A DNA stretch of 64,000 nt from Paraspadella gotoi (taxonomy: Eukaryota > Animalia > Chaetognatha). The position numbers and the translations under genes are program-made. Under the pieces are notes generated by a model. The model had not been told where the DNA came from. It saw nothing but the letters and a program-made list of their open reading frames with translations, and ran no database searches. The DNA is taken from contig CM119271.1 of assembly GCA_051294375.1 (NCBI GenBank), forward strand, positions 4,669,353-4,733,352, in the 5' to 3' direction. Below, in pieces: positions 39,823-51,520 of the stretch (positions within the stretch are counted from its first letter, which is position 1; each line of letters starts with the position of its first letter).

Positions 39823-39980
39823 TTTCTCGTTCTCTCTCTCTCTCTCTCTCTCCTCTTCTCTCTCTTCTCTCTCAACTCACCCGACTCATATTCCAATTGA
39901 TTGAGGTTCCAACCAGAACCGGACGCGTAGAAAAAACGGATCTTTTGAATCTCGGTGGTCGTCTATGCAATGATGAGATC
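32824..39980 (-). CDS. CATSPER3: CatSper3-like channel subunit, copy 1 (multi-exon, many indels; best copy of the 3' acidic exon)
   Basis: Exons approx. 39881-39980, 39653-39742, 39344-39429, 39029-39191, 38457-38527, 38293-38357, 38062-38179, 37164-37267, 36944-37080, 35826-36002, 33724-33801, 33579-33632, 32824-33465; collinear with copy 2. Confidence 0.75.
34136..35579. mobile_element. hAT-like non-autonomous DNA transposon present only in copy 1
   Basis: Ends TGGGGATGAGCATC...GATGCGCATCTCTA (imperfect 14-bp TIR); flanks CTTGTTT and CTTGTTTA; absent at the matching site ~43293. Confidence 0.65.
36300..36940. repeat. (CCCAT/CCCCT)n polypyrimidine satellite filling a CatSper3 intron (also 44040-44620)
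   Basis: Direct reading; source of the spurious Pro-rich and Gly-rich ORFs. Confidence 0.95.
37615..38040. repeat. AT-rich minisatellite, ~50 bp unit (also 45312-45580 and 46241-46385)
   Basis: Unit AAAGTTAAATGTTAATGTGTTAATGTAAAAGTTAATGAGTAAATACTATAAT. Confidence 0.95.
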
Positions 39981-42049
39981 CTGTTTACGAAACATTTTTT
40001 TAAAAAATAGATTAATTGTTTAATTCTTACGCTTATTGATTTGGATTTATTTATTCATTTATCGACTCGCCTCCCACGGCTTTCGTCAGTTTCAAGCCAA
40101 TTTCTTTCACTATCAACGAACGCAAATAGTAAATTATGAGCAATCCAAATTACATTTTAAAACCGCACGACGAATTTTATTAAAACTAATTTTTAATCCA
40201 ATGGGACATTCTTACTCGTAAATAAATGATCTTTTTTTTTTTTAGATTAAAGTAGAGCGAAAACTGAACGGCTTATTCTTTAATAATTAATTTTATTTTG
40301 GATTGTTCTAAAAGTCTAAATGTGAAAATTACATTAATGGCTCAAAACCCCATAAAAAAATTACCCAAAAATTTATTTGTTGTTACCAATTCTTGGTCTC
40401 AAGCAGCTGGTCTTTTTATATTCTGAAATATATTCTCTAAAAACTTCTGTATTTCTTTCGGACGAAGAGGCGGCCCAAACTGCGGCCAAGCGCGGCTTCA
40501 TTAAAAAAAAGCTTTTTAACGCGCGCTCTCCCATTGGTCGGATTTTCTCCGATCAATCGCCGAGCTCCGATTGGACGATGTAAACTCCGCGCCCACGGAG
40601 CGGAATTAAATCCCTCCCAAGCTCCTCCCCCTCGCCACCTCCGGGGTTAAAGCCCCTCCCTACTTTTTCACGATTGGTTTACTACTATCCGTCCGTCGGG
40701 GGTATGAAACATTTCCTAATTCACTTTACTTTATGTTGCCTAAGGGTAATAACGCGTAATTTTTGTCTGTGGCCAATATTTAGCTTAACGTTTTCTTTTT
40801 CTAAATATTCTCGCTCTCTCTATCCACCTCGTCCGATTTTAGTTTTTCTTTGTTAAAAAACTTGAGCTCATTTTCGAAAAAGAGAGCGGGGGAGAAATGA
40901 GTGTGTGTGTGCGAGAGAGAGAGAGAGGAGAGATAGAGAGAGAGAGAGAAGAGAGATAGAGTAGAGAAGAGAGAGAGAGAGAGAGAGAGAAAAGAGAGAG
41001 AGAGAGTTGCCATTTTCAACGAGAGAGTAAGCAACGCATCAGGAATTAAGAAAAAACATTTCTATTTACCAACGAAAAAAGGTCGTAAATTTGTTTTGGA
41101 AACATGTTATGCGACCAATCAACGATGGATTGGCTTCCTATTGGCCGACCACGTTACTACTCTTAACTTACCTGGGACCAATAAGAGAGCGACTCTCAAC
41201 TTTTGCTTTTATCTGTTTTTTTTATTAATTAAACCACTTCTTTTATTTCTTTGTCTTCATTTGTGCATCATGTCTTTTTTCCTAGTTCAGAGTTTCGCAA
41301 TTCTTGTTGGCACGTAGTCCGGTTCTCATCTCTGCCATTTAGCTCCCCTCCTTCCCTCTCTCTTTCCCTTCTCTCCTTCGTCTGTCTTTATTATACGCGT
41401 TAATTTCTTTTTTTTTTCCCGATACGACGCTCCTAATATGGAGATCGATGTGTCTGGCGGGTCGTCTCTTCCCCTGAGTCCGTACCCGCGTGCCGTCCCT
41501 TCTGGCTCGCTGGGCGGTTGTCGTCGGGGAGAGGGAGCTCCGCGGCCCGACGTCCCTCTACGCGGTTGCGCGTTATCCCAAACCAGCGCTGCGGTGCCCT
41601 AAAATCCTCTAAGTCCTCGGCGCGCCTCTCGATACTCGGTGAGAGATAGAGCTAGTGAGAATGCTATGAGCGATGATTTAGATTGAGAGTAGAGACGAGT
41701 AGAGTATGTATTGAAAGAGATTTATCAAGCAGATCACACCGAGCGTTTTGCGCTGTATCGCGGACGAAGGGTCGAATCTGACCTCGCCATCGAAGAGTTC
41801 CGACGACACAAACGCCGGGGCACGACGATATTTCACCCGGGNNNNNNNNNNNNNNNNNNNNNNNNNAACAGAGGTGGTGAGACAATGAGAGAAGGCTAAA
41901 CACCGTCCAATCAAATGCAAGACCAGCTCGAATAATAGATAGTTTGATGACATAGAGGCATGCAGTAGGTATGACATGATCGGGTAGGCTATTCTTCGAG
42001 CTCGGAGTTTAGACGAGGAAGGAGAGAAGCCGCTTGCGCCCGGGCTATC

Positions 42050-44792
42050 GAAGGAGATCGGTTTTCTTCGTTATCCTCGAGATCGTCGTAAATGTCGTCG
42101 TCGACTTCCCAGTCGTTGTTGTCTGTACTGGAATTGTTGTTGTTCGTTGTATAACGGTCCTTCATATGTCCATGTCCATGTCCATGTCCATGTCCATGTC
42201 CGCTGGTCCATGGTCACGTCTTCCCATTCGTCGGATCTTCGAAGTCGTCGTCGTAATCTTGGTCGTCGCGTCGACTTCGTCGCCATCTACCTTTCGTTCG
42301 CCGTCGGGGATCATCGGAGAAGAATGACCTCTTCGACATCGTCGTCGTCGTCGTTCTGTTGTTGATGTTGATGTTGTTGACGTTGATGTTTCTCGTCGAG
42401 GATCGAAGTTTCCTGACCAAGAGAATTGAGGAATCTTCGACTTAAAACGAAAGGCCGACTTTCCAAGGCGACTAATCGGTCAGAAGACTTTCGGGGGCAT
42501 AAGAAAGAAGAAGGAAATAATTGGGTAAGGCTTTTTGGTAAGTCGCCGCGAGCCTGTTGGAAAGTTGACTCGAATCTCACGATTTTTTTAATGCCTCTTG
42601 ATTTATTAGCGTTCGGCGATCGGCCATGCGAAGTCATGAAGGCTCCGAGCGGCTGACGTCTGAAATGAAAGCAAAAGATACGATCGTATATTTCGTTGAT
42701 ATGTATGTGTTGTACACTGTGTCCGACCGTGTTTGTCTGCGTATGTAAGTACTATTGGTTAGATTACTCACAGTCGGACTTCCGGTCCAAGTCGACATGA
42801 GGATACATTTGGCGTAAATGTTCACGTAAAGAAAAAAAGAAAGACGGGAAAATAGAAATGCGGGCCGTCCATAAAAACGGAACGCCGATCTGTCGGCGAT
42901 CTGTCGGCCAAGACTCACTGATGTTCAAAATGCTCAGGTGAAGTTTTTGCAACGTCGTGTGCATTTGTTCCAACGTTTCTAGATACATCATCATCCTGAG
43001 TAGACAATGGAAAGGAGGATCCAATGAAACAAAGTAAACAAAAATGTTTCATTACAAAATTAATTCATTAAATTCAGCTCCTTGTATTTTGAAGCTGAGC
43101 GGAGTACAATATAGTATTCCCCGATCTAATGCTTAAGGTAGAGGTCTTTTCATACAATTGAAACATTCTTTGAAACATTATACCAGGTACTCTGGGAGTG
43201 ACCTGGGACCAGGGACCTGCTATGTCATTATCTTGTAAGAGTGATGGAGGCCTTAGACCACCGAAGCCTGTCCAAAGTCAGGGGCAAGATAGCTTGTTTA
43301 ATGTTTATGAAATGAATGGATAATTTTTATATTGGTTGTACCAATTTCATAAAATAAAATTTAAGCAAAAAAAAAAAACGACCGAAAAAAAACAACAAGA
43401 AAAATAAACAAATCGAACGGAAACAAACAATTCAAAAACGCAACGCGTAAAATAATTAATTAATTAACAATCAAAAAAATCAAAACTATGTCATTCCTGA
43501 AACCAAAACCCGAAACCCAAAAAACCCCAAAAGTGACGGACCGACTGACCACTGCGGGTTTCCCGTCAGGTCGTCAGTTATGACGTAATCGTCGTGACGC
43601 AACGTGGACCGGAACTGATTGATTAGCTGCTCGAAGGTTTCGAAGCGTCCGCCGCGCATCCGGTTGAACATCTGCCTCACCTCGAGCTGCTGCTTCTTCA
43701 TCACGTACATCTTTTTCTTGTTCACTCTTGGACGGAAGGAAGTGGTTGGGGTGATGGGGTTATTTGGTGATGGGGTGATGGGGTGTTGAACTTTCATAAA
43801 TCTAACGTTTAATTTTTCGAAATATTCTTTCTTTTTTTTTTGGATAATTTATCTCACGACTTCTTTTTGGTCGGTCAGTCAGTCTGTCGGTCGGTCAGTC
43901 TGTCGGTCGGTCCGTTTGTCTGTCCCACGTTTCAAATGTTAAAAAGTCGGGTAAGTTCACATTTGGTTCAAAATCATCTCTTCGCCCTCGTCAACCCCTC
44001 CACTCATTCATTTCCTCTTTCTTCTTCTCTCATCTCATCTCCCCCTCCCCTTCCTCCTCCCCATCCCCTCCCATCCCCGTCCCTCCCCTCCCCTTTCCTC
44101 CTTCTCCATCCCCTCCCTATTCCCTTCCCTCCCCATCCCCTCTCCTCCCCATTCCCTCCCCTTCCCATCCCCCTCCCTTCCCATCCCCTCCCCTCCCATC
44201 CTCCCCTTTCCTCTCCTCCATCCCCTCCCGATCCCCATCCCTTCTCCTTCCCATCCTCTCCCCATCCCCTCTCCTCCCCTTTCTCTCCCTCCCCATTCCC
44301 CCCCTTCCCATCCCCGTCCCCTCCCATCCCCTCCCCTCCCCATCCCCTCCCCTCCCCATTCCCTCCCCTTTCCTTTCCTCCCATCCCTCCGATCCCCATC
44401 CCTTCTCCTTCCCATCCCTCCCCATCCCTCTCCCTCCCCTTTTCTCTCCTCCCCCCTCCCCTTCCCATCCCCTCCCCCTCCCCATCCCCTCCCCATCCCC
44501 ATCCCCTTTCCTCTCCTCCCCATCCCCCTCCCGATCCCCATCCTCTCCTCCCATCCCTCCCCATCCCCTCCCTATCTCCCCTCCCATCCCCATCCCCTCC
44601 CGATCCCCTCTCCCTCCCTCTCACCTCGCCGCCCTCAACACCTTTCCTCCTCCTTGTGTTCTTCCCGTCGCAGCGTCGTATGTTGATGCAGATGAGGCGA
44701 CGAAATGTTGGAGATCATGAAAATGACAGACGATGAGACAGACGACCATCCACCATCTGTAACAGCAATTAGGCGATGATTGACTCTCTCTC

Positions 44793-44825
<33 letters not shown>

Positions 44826-44833
44826 TTCTCTCG

Positions 44834-44865
<32 letters not shown>

Positions 44866-47800
44866 TCTCACCTGGTACTGACCCCAATTTCCTCGTCGAG
44901 GGCGTCTTGAAGGTCAGTCCAACCGTCGACGGAGACCAGATTGAGGCAAGTCAACAACGTTTGCCCAATGTTCTGGAATCGCGACAGGGTTGATTGATTT
45001 ATCCAGCGTGACAGGTTTTAACATGGAAAAATAAGACGCGAGTCCAGCTTTTTTTTATCACTTTTTGTGACCGGCTGTTCACCGTGTTCACTGTTCAGTC
45101 CCATGAGAACCATCTTTATCTTTAAGGATTTTCCCGAATTATTTTTTTGTCACGATCATTGCCACGTTTTGCTACGTTGAGGCGTCGAAATTACGAATTC
45201 TTTCATCGCTTAAAACTTTAAAAACTCAAAATTTTCAAGAACCTCTCGCCTTGAAATCGTCGTACAAAATTTGAAGAGACGCCGTGTTTTTCAGATTCAA
45301 GTTCATCACTAAACAAAGTTAAATGTTAATGTGTTAATGTAAAAGCTAATTAGTAAATACTATAATAATGTTAAATGTAAATGTAAATTTAATGAGTAAA
45401 TACTATAATAATGTTAAATGTTATTGTGTAAATGTAAATTTAATGAGTAAATACTATAATAAAGTTAAATGTTAATGTGTAAATGTAAATTTAATGAGTA
45501 AATACTATAATAAAGTTAAATGTTAATGTGTTAATGTAAAAGTTAATGAGTAAATACTATAATAAGCTTAAATGTTAAATGTTTTGAAGAGACAGTAATT
45601 ATTGTTATGAGTTAGTGATAGAACCGTTCAATATAAGCAGTCCCTGAGCTTCGGATCAGGCTGTAACACCATGTTACAGGCGGGTTAAGCGGCCCCGTGC
45701 CCTCTTAACTGCCAGACGACCACCGGGCTAGAAACCCCGGACCTTTGGGTTGGGAGGCGAATGACTTGGCCTCCGGCACCAATGGCCGCTGATGAACGGT
45801 TGGTGGGTTTTAGTCCACCATACATCCCCCCTCCCGTAGGAAGTGTCTGTTGCGCTCTCTTCAGTGAATTGTTGTTGTTGGTGGAAGTGCGTCACCAAGT
45901 TGAGGCATGTCGCCTGATGTGTTGTGGGCGGAAGTGCATCGCCAGGTTGAGGCATGTCGCCTGAAAGTGTTGTTGTTGCTGTTGTGTTCGGAAGTCGGGC
46001 TCACCAATGAAGAGACAGTAATTATTGTTATGAGTTAGTGATAGAACCGTTCAATATAAGCAGTCCTGAGCTTCGGATCAGGCTGTAACACCATGTTACA
46101 AGCGGGTTAAGCCGCCCGTCCCTCTTAACTGCCAGACGACCACCGGGCTAGAACCCCGACCTTTGGGTTGGGAGGCGAATGACTTGCCTCCGGCACCAAT
46201 GGCCGCTGATGAACGGTTGGTGGGTTTTAGTCCACCATAATGTGTTAATGTAAAAGTTAATGAGTAAATACTAAAATAAAAGTTAAATTTTAATGTGTTA
46301 ATGTAAAAGTTAATGAGTAAACTAATAAATAAAGTGAAATGTTAATGTGTTAATGTAAAAGTTAATTAGTAAATACTATAATAAAGTGTTCAGCCAGACT
46401 CCTCTCGTACCAGTGGGTTTAAAAACTTCGAATCCAATGACGGCCAACATGTAAAGAGCGATGAACGATAGCACGGTTATCTGCAGCAAGGAAGTCTTGA
46501 AGGTCTGAAGCAAGGCGTGGACGAGCACCTGGGGAACGCGAGAAACATTCAGTCCAACGATGCGCCGACAAAGTTCATCGAGAATCGGGGAAACATAAAT
46601 TATGGTACATGAAATACTAAAAAAATAAATAAATTTACTTTAAGACTCTTGAGGAAGGACACGGCCCTCAAAGCCCTGATGGTCCTGAAGGCGCGGAAAG
46701 CCTGAGATACACGTTCGATAAATTAGTCATTGATTAAATATTAAACATTCTCTTACTAACTAACTCACTCGATAACGATGTCAGTTTGATCTTATCTTTA
46801 CCTTCAAATTGCGAACGAATTTATCCCTGTTCAGGGTTTGTTGTCTGTTTTTTATGTCAGCTTGGCTTACGCTGAAAATAAAAATAATTATTCGCATTGA
46901 CAATCATTTTCAAACTACTAATCTTTGCCTAGTTTCACTTCTACAGGAAAGCGGCGACCGCGACAGCCGCAGCAGCAGAAAGGATTGCGGGAGCGGCCGA
47001 GAGTAAAACGGAGCGGGGGCGAAAGCTGCCGAAGCAGTCTAAAACCAAAACAGTCTTGTCTTGTCTTCCAATCAACTGCATTTTTGCCAATCACCTATAT
47101 CATTTATATAACTTATAACAAAGTCCGGACTAAAAAGTCTAATTGTCTTTTGTTTATTCAATTGGTTTTTCGCGAAAAAGTTTTCCACGTGTAATATCGT
47201 CTCGGAAATTATTTTTCAAATGATTAAAACAATTAATTTATCAAATCATTATTCTTCATCATTCGGTGCGAATAAGTATTCGTTTAATTAAGACTATTTA
47301 AAACCTTACTATTCGTAGAGTTCGAGAGAGACGTCGGCCAGAGTTAGGACGAGAATGATGAAGTCGAAAACATTGTAGTACGACTTCCAATAGAGAATCG
47401 GTTCCGCGTAGAGTTTGAGCACGGCCTCGACGATGTAAACCGCAATGCAGAATTCGTTGATCACTCTGCGACGAAAGGAAGAGAGTCTTCGCGAATAACC
47501 CCTGCCTTATCCTAGCTGCGGCAGTCGAAAAATCAAGAGTCTTATCTTAAACTTACCTCACGCTGCAATCTTATTTAGCTTTATTTCCTCACCTCCTTTT
47601 TTTCCTCATCTTTCTTACCGCAATACGACCCTCCATTCCATCGGAATGTCGTAAGTCTCAGCGATTATCGTAGCTACGTTAATGACGATAACCACGAGGA
47701 CGCTAAAGTTAAATCTAAATATTTAGAATATCAATAGAATATTTTAGTTAGAAGTTCGTTAAAAAAAAACTAAAAAAATTAAAAAATTAATAAGCGAAGG

Positions 47801-48040
47801 CTATGGGCGACGGTCACGATCAAGAGGCGGTAAAAATTATCATAAACGAAAATTGTCAAATTATGGAATCGGAATTGAAGAAGTGAAAGTAAAGCGTGAA
47901 AACGTTTCGTTTTTTAACTCACCAAGTGTCGAACCAATTTGATTCCGTCACGTGTTGGACGAAAGAGTGGAACCGATGATCGCACCGTTGCTTCGCCGTC
48001 ACGTACTGATTGAAACGGAGGTAAGGGGTAGACAATGATC

Positions 48041-48087
<47 letters not shown>

Positions 48088-48184
48088 ACCCGACCTCATA
48101 TTCCAATTGATTGAGGTTCCAACCAGACGGACGCGTAGAAAAAAACGGATCTTTTGAATCTCGGTCGTCTTGCATGATGAGATC
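42050..48184 (-). CDS. CATSPER3: CatSper3-like cation channel subunit, copy 2 (best-preserved TM core)
   Basis: GT-AG exons: 47923-48005 (QRCDHRFHSFVQHVTESNWFDT), 47619-47702 (S1 CVLVVIVINVATIIAETY), 47310-47465 (S2-S3 EAVLKLYAEPILYWKSYYNVFDFIIL), 46802-46871, 46639-46701 (S4 AFRAFRTIRALR), 46411-46528 (S5), 44872-44972 (pore SVDGWTDLQ), 44625-44756 (S6), 43550-43726 (FEQLINQFRSTLRHDD), 42919-42995 (YLETLEQMHTTLQKL). Matches CATSPER3 hallmarks TVDGWTDLQ and FSELVENFKKTLSH. The phase link between the S5 and pore exons is unresolved. Confidence 0.9.
45585..46240 (-). mobile_element. TRIM (miniature non-autonomous LTR retrotransposon)
   Basis: Direct repeats 45585-45824 and 46008-46240 (TG...CA ends; the outer end at 46240 reads ATAA); on minus strand PBS TGGTGAGCCCGAC (46006-45994) 1 nt after the 5' LTR and PPT GGGAGGGGGGA (45835-45825) before the 3' LTR; flanks TGTTT/TGTGT; absent from copy 1. 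Confidence 0.85.
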
Positions 48185-49101
48185 CTGTTACGAACATTTT
48201 TTAAAAAATAGATTAATTGTTTAATTCTTACGTCTTATCGATTGATTGATTTATTCATTTATTGACTCGCCTCCACGGCATCGTCAGTTTCAGCCATTTC
48301 TTTAACTTATCAACGACCGCAAATAGTAAATTATGAGCAATCCAAATCATTTAAAAACCGCACGACGAATTTTTAAAACTAATTTTTAATCCAATGGGAC
48401 ATTCTTACTCGTAAAATAAATGATCTTTTTTTTTTTAGATTAAAGTAGAGCGAAACTGAACGGCTTATTCTTTAATAATTAATTTTATTTTGGATGTTCC
48501 TAAAAGTCTAAATGGAAAATTACATTAATGGCTCAAAACCCCATAAAAAATTACAAAATTTGTGTTACAATCTTGTTCTCAAGCAGCTCGTCTTTTTATA
48601 TTCTGAAATATATTTCTCTAAAACTTCGTATTCTTTCGGACAGAAGAGGCGGCCCAAACTGCGGCCAAAGCGCGGCTTCATTAAAAAAAGCTTTAAACGC
48701 GCGCTCTCCCATTGGTCGGATTTTCTCCGATCAATCGCCGAGCTCCGATTGGACGATTACTCCGCGCCACGGAGCGGAATAAATCCCTCCCAAGCTCCTC
48801 CCCCTCGCCACCCCGGGTAAAGCCCCTCCCACTTTTTCACGATTGGTTATACTACTTCCGTCCGTCGGGGGTATAAACATTTCCCTAATTCAACTTTACT
48901 TTATGTTGCCTAACGGGTAATAACGCGTAATTTTTTGTCTGTGGGCCAATATTTAGCTTAACGTTTTCTTTTTCTAAATATTCTCGCTCTCTCTATCCAC
49001 CTCGTCCGATTTAGTTTTTCTTTGTTAAAAACTTGAGCCTCATTTTCGAAAAAGAGAGGGGGGAAAAAGAGTGTGTGTGTGCGAGAGAGAGAGAGAGAAG
49101 A

Positions 49102-49188
<87 letters not shown>

Positions 49189-49279
49189 TTGCCAATTTCA
49201 ACGAGAGAGTAGCAACCATCAGGAAAAGAAAAAACATTCTATTTACCAACGAAAAAAGTCGTAATTTGTTGAAACATGT

Positions 49280-49430
49280 ATGCGACCAATCAAACGATGA
49301 TTTGGCTCCTATTGGCCGACCACGTTACTACTCTTAACTTACCTGGGACCAATAGGAGAGCGACTCTCACTGCTACGTAAAAACACTCTTTGCCCATTGG
49401 CTCATGTCTTTTTCCAGTCGACCAATCGTG
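49280..49430. promoter_or_regulatory. CCAAT-box cluster between the divergent CatSper3-like and endophilin-like genes
   Basis: CCAAT/ATTGG at ~49286, 49311, 49349, 49396 and 49422, next to GC-rich 49430-49830; minus-strand donor gtaag at 49342. Confidence 0.35.
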
Positions 49431-49704
49431 GCACGAGTCGGTCTCACCCAAGCTCCTCCTCCTCTCCTCCTCTTCCCCTCCTCCGTCCGTCCTAAAGGTT
49501 ATCCCCGAACGACGCCCTAAAGGAGATCGAGTGCGGCGGGGCGCCTCCCCTGAGTCCGACGCGGCGCCCGGCGGCGGGTCGTCGGGGACGGAGGGCGCCC
49601 GCGGCCCGCGTCCTCTAGCGGGCGCGTCCACCGCGGCGCGGCCCTCCTCCTCTGGTCCTCGGCGCGCCTCGAACTCGGGAGAGAGAGCGGAGAGCAAGCG
49701 AGAT

Positions 49705-49741
<37 letters not shown>

Positions 49742-49844
49742 TTCGCGACCCTTTTCGCGTTCGCGACGATCGAATGACCTCCATCGAAGAGTCGACGACA
49801 CAAACCCGGGGCCACGACGATATTTCCCGGGAGCGATCCGTCCT

Positions 49845-49941
<97 letters not shown>

Positions 49942-50909
49942 CATTTTCTCGTTCTCTCGTTCTCTCCTCCTCTCGCTCTCTATCCCGTTTCTCCTCCGAG
50001 AGGCGGAGCGAGAGCGAGAAAGCGCGACTTTATAAAGTTGAGAAAGGAGGTAGGTTGACCCGCGAAAGGGATCGCGGTGACCAAAGGGACGAACGAGACT
50101 CGCGCGATAAGAAAAAGCGAATTTGTGTGTCGTCGTTCGACCTGTTTTGTATGTGTGTGTGTATTTGTTTCTGCGTGCGTGCGTGTATGTTTATGTGTGT
50201 ATATCTTTGTGTGGGTGTTTTGAAAGAGTCGGGTTGTTTTTAATTCTGTATGTGTGTTCGTGCCCGATTTTAAAAAGAACTTTTAAAAAAAAGAGGAAAA
50301 AAAAGAAGAAAAAAGCGAAAAAACCTTTTTTGAAAAAAAAAATCGTTTCTAAAGCAGACTTTTTCGCACAACTATTTGTACATGCCACTTTTTTTCTATA
50401 CTTTCCATTTTATTTCTTTAAAACTTCCCAGAGATACTAAATCAAAAGGGTCAATTCCTTTTTACTACAATTAAATGTCTTTAGAATTTAAGGATTGAAG
50501 AAAGCAAAGTTGTTTCTTAAGATAACCTTTAAACTTATTAGTTATCGAGCGAACAAAACTTGTTTTACTTCTAAGGTTCAAAATACTCTCAACGCGCCAG
50601 AAAGACAAATATGTACCTTTTAACTTGATATTCGTTCCTTAATTCCCTCTTCTCGCGATTTTTTTTGTTTTTATTCACTATTCCGTTATGTGATGTAACT
50701 CGGTTCCTGACTATTTTTCCCTCATTTATCGCCAGAGTTGGAAATGCGGGTATTTGGTTTAATCTGCTTAATTTTCGAGCGAGGAAGTCTGTGCAGCCGC
50801 GATGAAACATCGATCTCAAACTCAAAAGGGAAGAAAATCACTTCACAGAAAATATTCGAAATTTTTTTGTGTTTTAAACTTTTTTATGCGCAGTTGATCT
50901 AAAGAAAAA

Positions 50910-50924
50910 ATGAATTCCGAACCG
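50910..50924 (+). CDS. Probable short upstream coding exon of the endophilin-like gene (MNSEP)
   Basis: cag acceptor at 50891-50893 and strong donor G|GTAAGT at 50925, phase 0 into the next exon; true start uncertain. Confidence 0.4.
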
Positions 50925-51139
50925 GTAAGTGAAACTTTATTTCTTTGGGATACATTTTGTAGCGTTTCCCACGATTTTAATGCGCTCATTTTAATTAGTA
51001 ATAAACATCACATCTTAAATGAAATAAGAAACAAATCATAATAAATAAATACGTAAATAATCAACCAATCATATCCGCTCGAGTCAACCAGACGCAACGT
51101 CGCCAACCCAACCCCTTCTACACCCCAAACCCTCTTCAG

Positions 51140-51520
51140 GACCCCGACCTCGACTGGGAGTCACTCGAACTCCGCGTGGAGAAGCTCTCCCGCCTCGTGA
51201 CTCAACTTCAGCCGAAGACCCAATCCTTCGTCGACCCCCGCCGCTCCTCCATCAGAAAAGCCATCAAAGACAAGGTGCTTCACCAGCAGCCGTCCTCGTC
51301 GCCGCAGGGGTCACAACAGCCCCAGCCGGAAGACTCGCTGGGCCACACGATGCGGAAGCAGGGGCTTCGACTGGGGGAAGACTCCGAGTTAGGCAAGGGG
51401 CTCGTCGACTACGCGGATTCGTTAACGAGGCTTTCGGAGATGAAGACTCTGATGCAGGATTCCGTCCACGGGAGATTCATCGATCCGATGGGGAAGCTGG
51501 AGAAGGTGGACATGAAGCAG
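51140..51520 (+). CDS. Endophilin-A-like protein, BAR domain exon
   Basis: PQPEDSLGHTMRKQGLRLGEDSELGKGL...RFIDPMGKLEKVDMKQ resembles endophilin A PQAEALLAEAMLKFGRELG...NFIDPLQNLHDKDLRE; cag/gt boundaries. Confidence 0.85.

Larger units (their letters stand above)
32850..49830. repeat. Tandem duplication ~32850-41841 / ~42040-49830 containing the CatSper3-like gene
   Basis: Collinear; separated by 25 Ns (41842-41866) and noisy sequence; differ by small indels and element insertions. Confidence 0.85.

Noticed and set aside
47703-47714. Upstream acceptor for the CatSper S1 exon
   Set aside because: Creates an in-frame TGA with the preceding exon; the next AG gives Cys and an open frame
49390-50058. 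222-aa plus-strand and 216-aa minus-strand ORFs
   Set aside because: GC-rich and microsatellite-driven with no recognisable domain; may be 5' UTR or promoter
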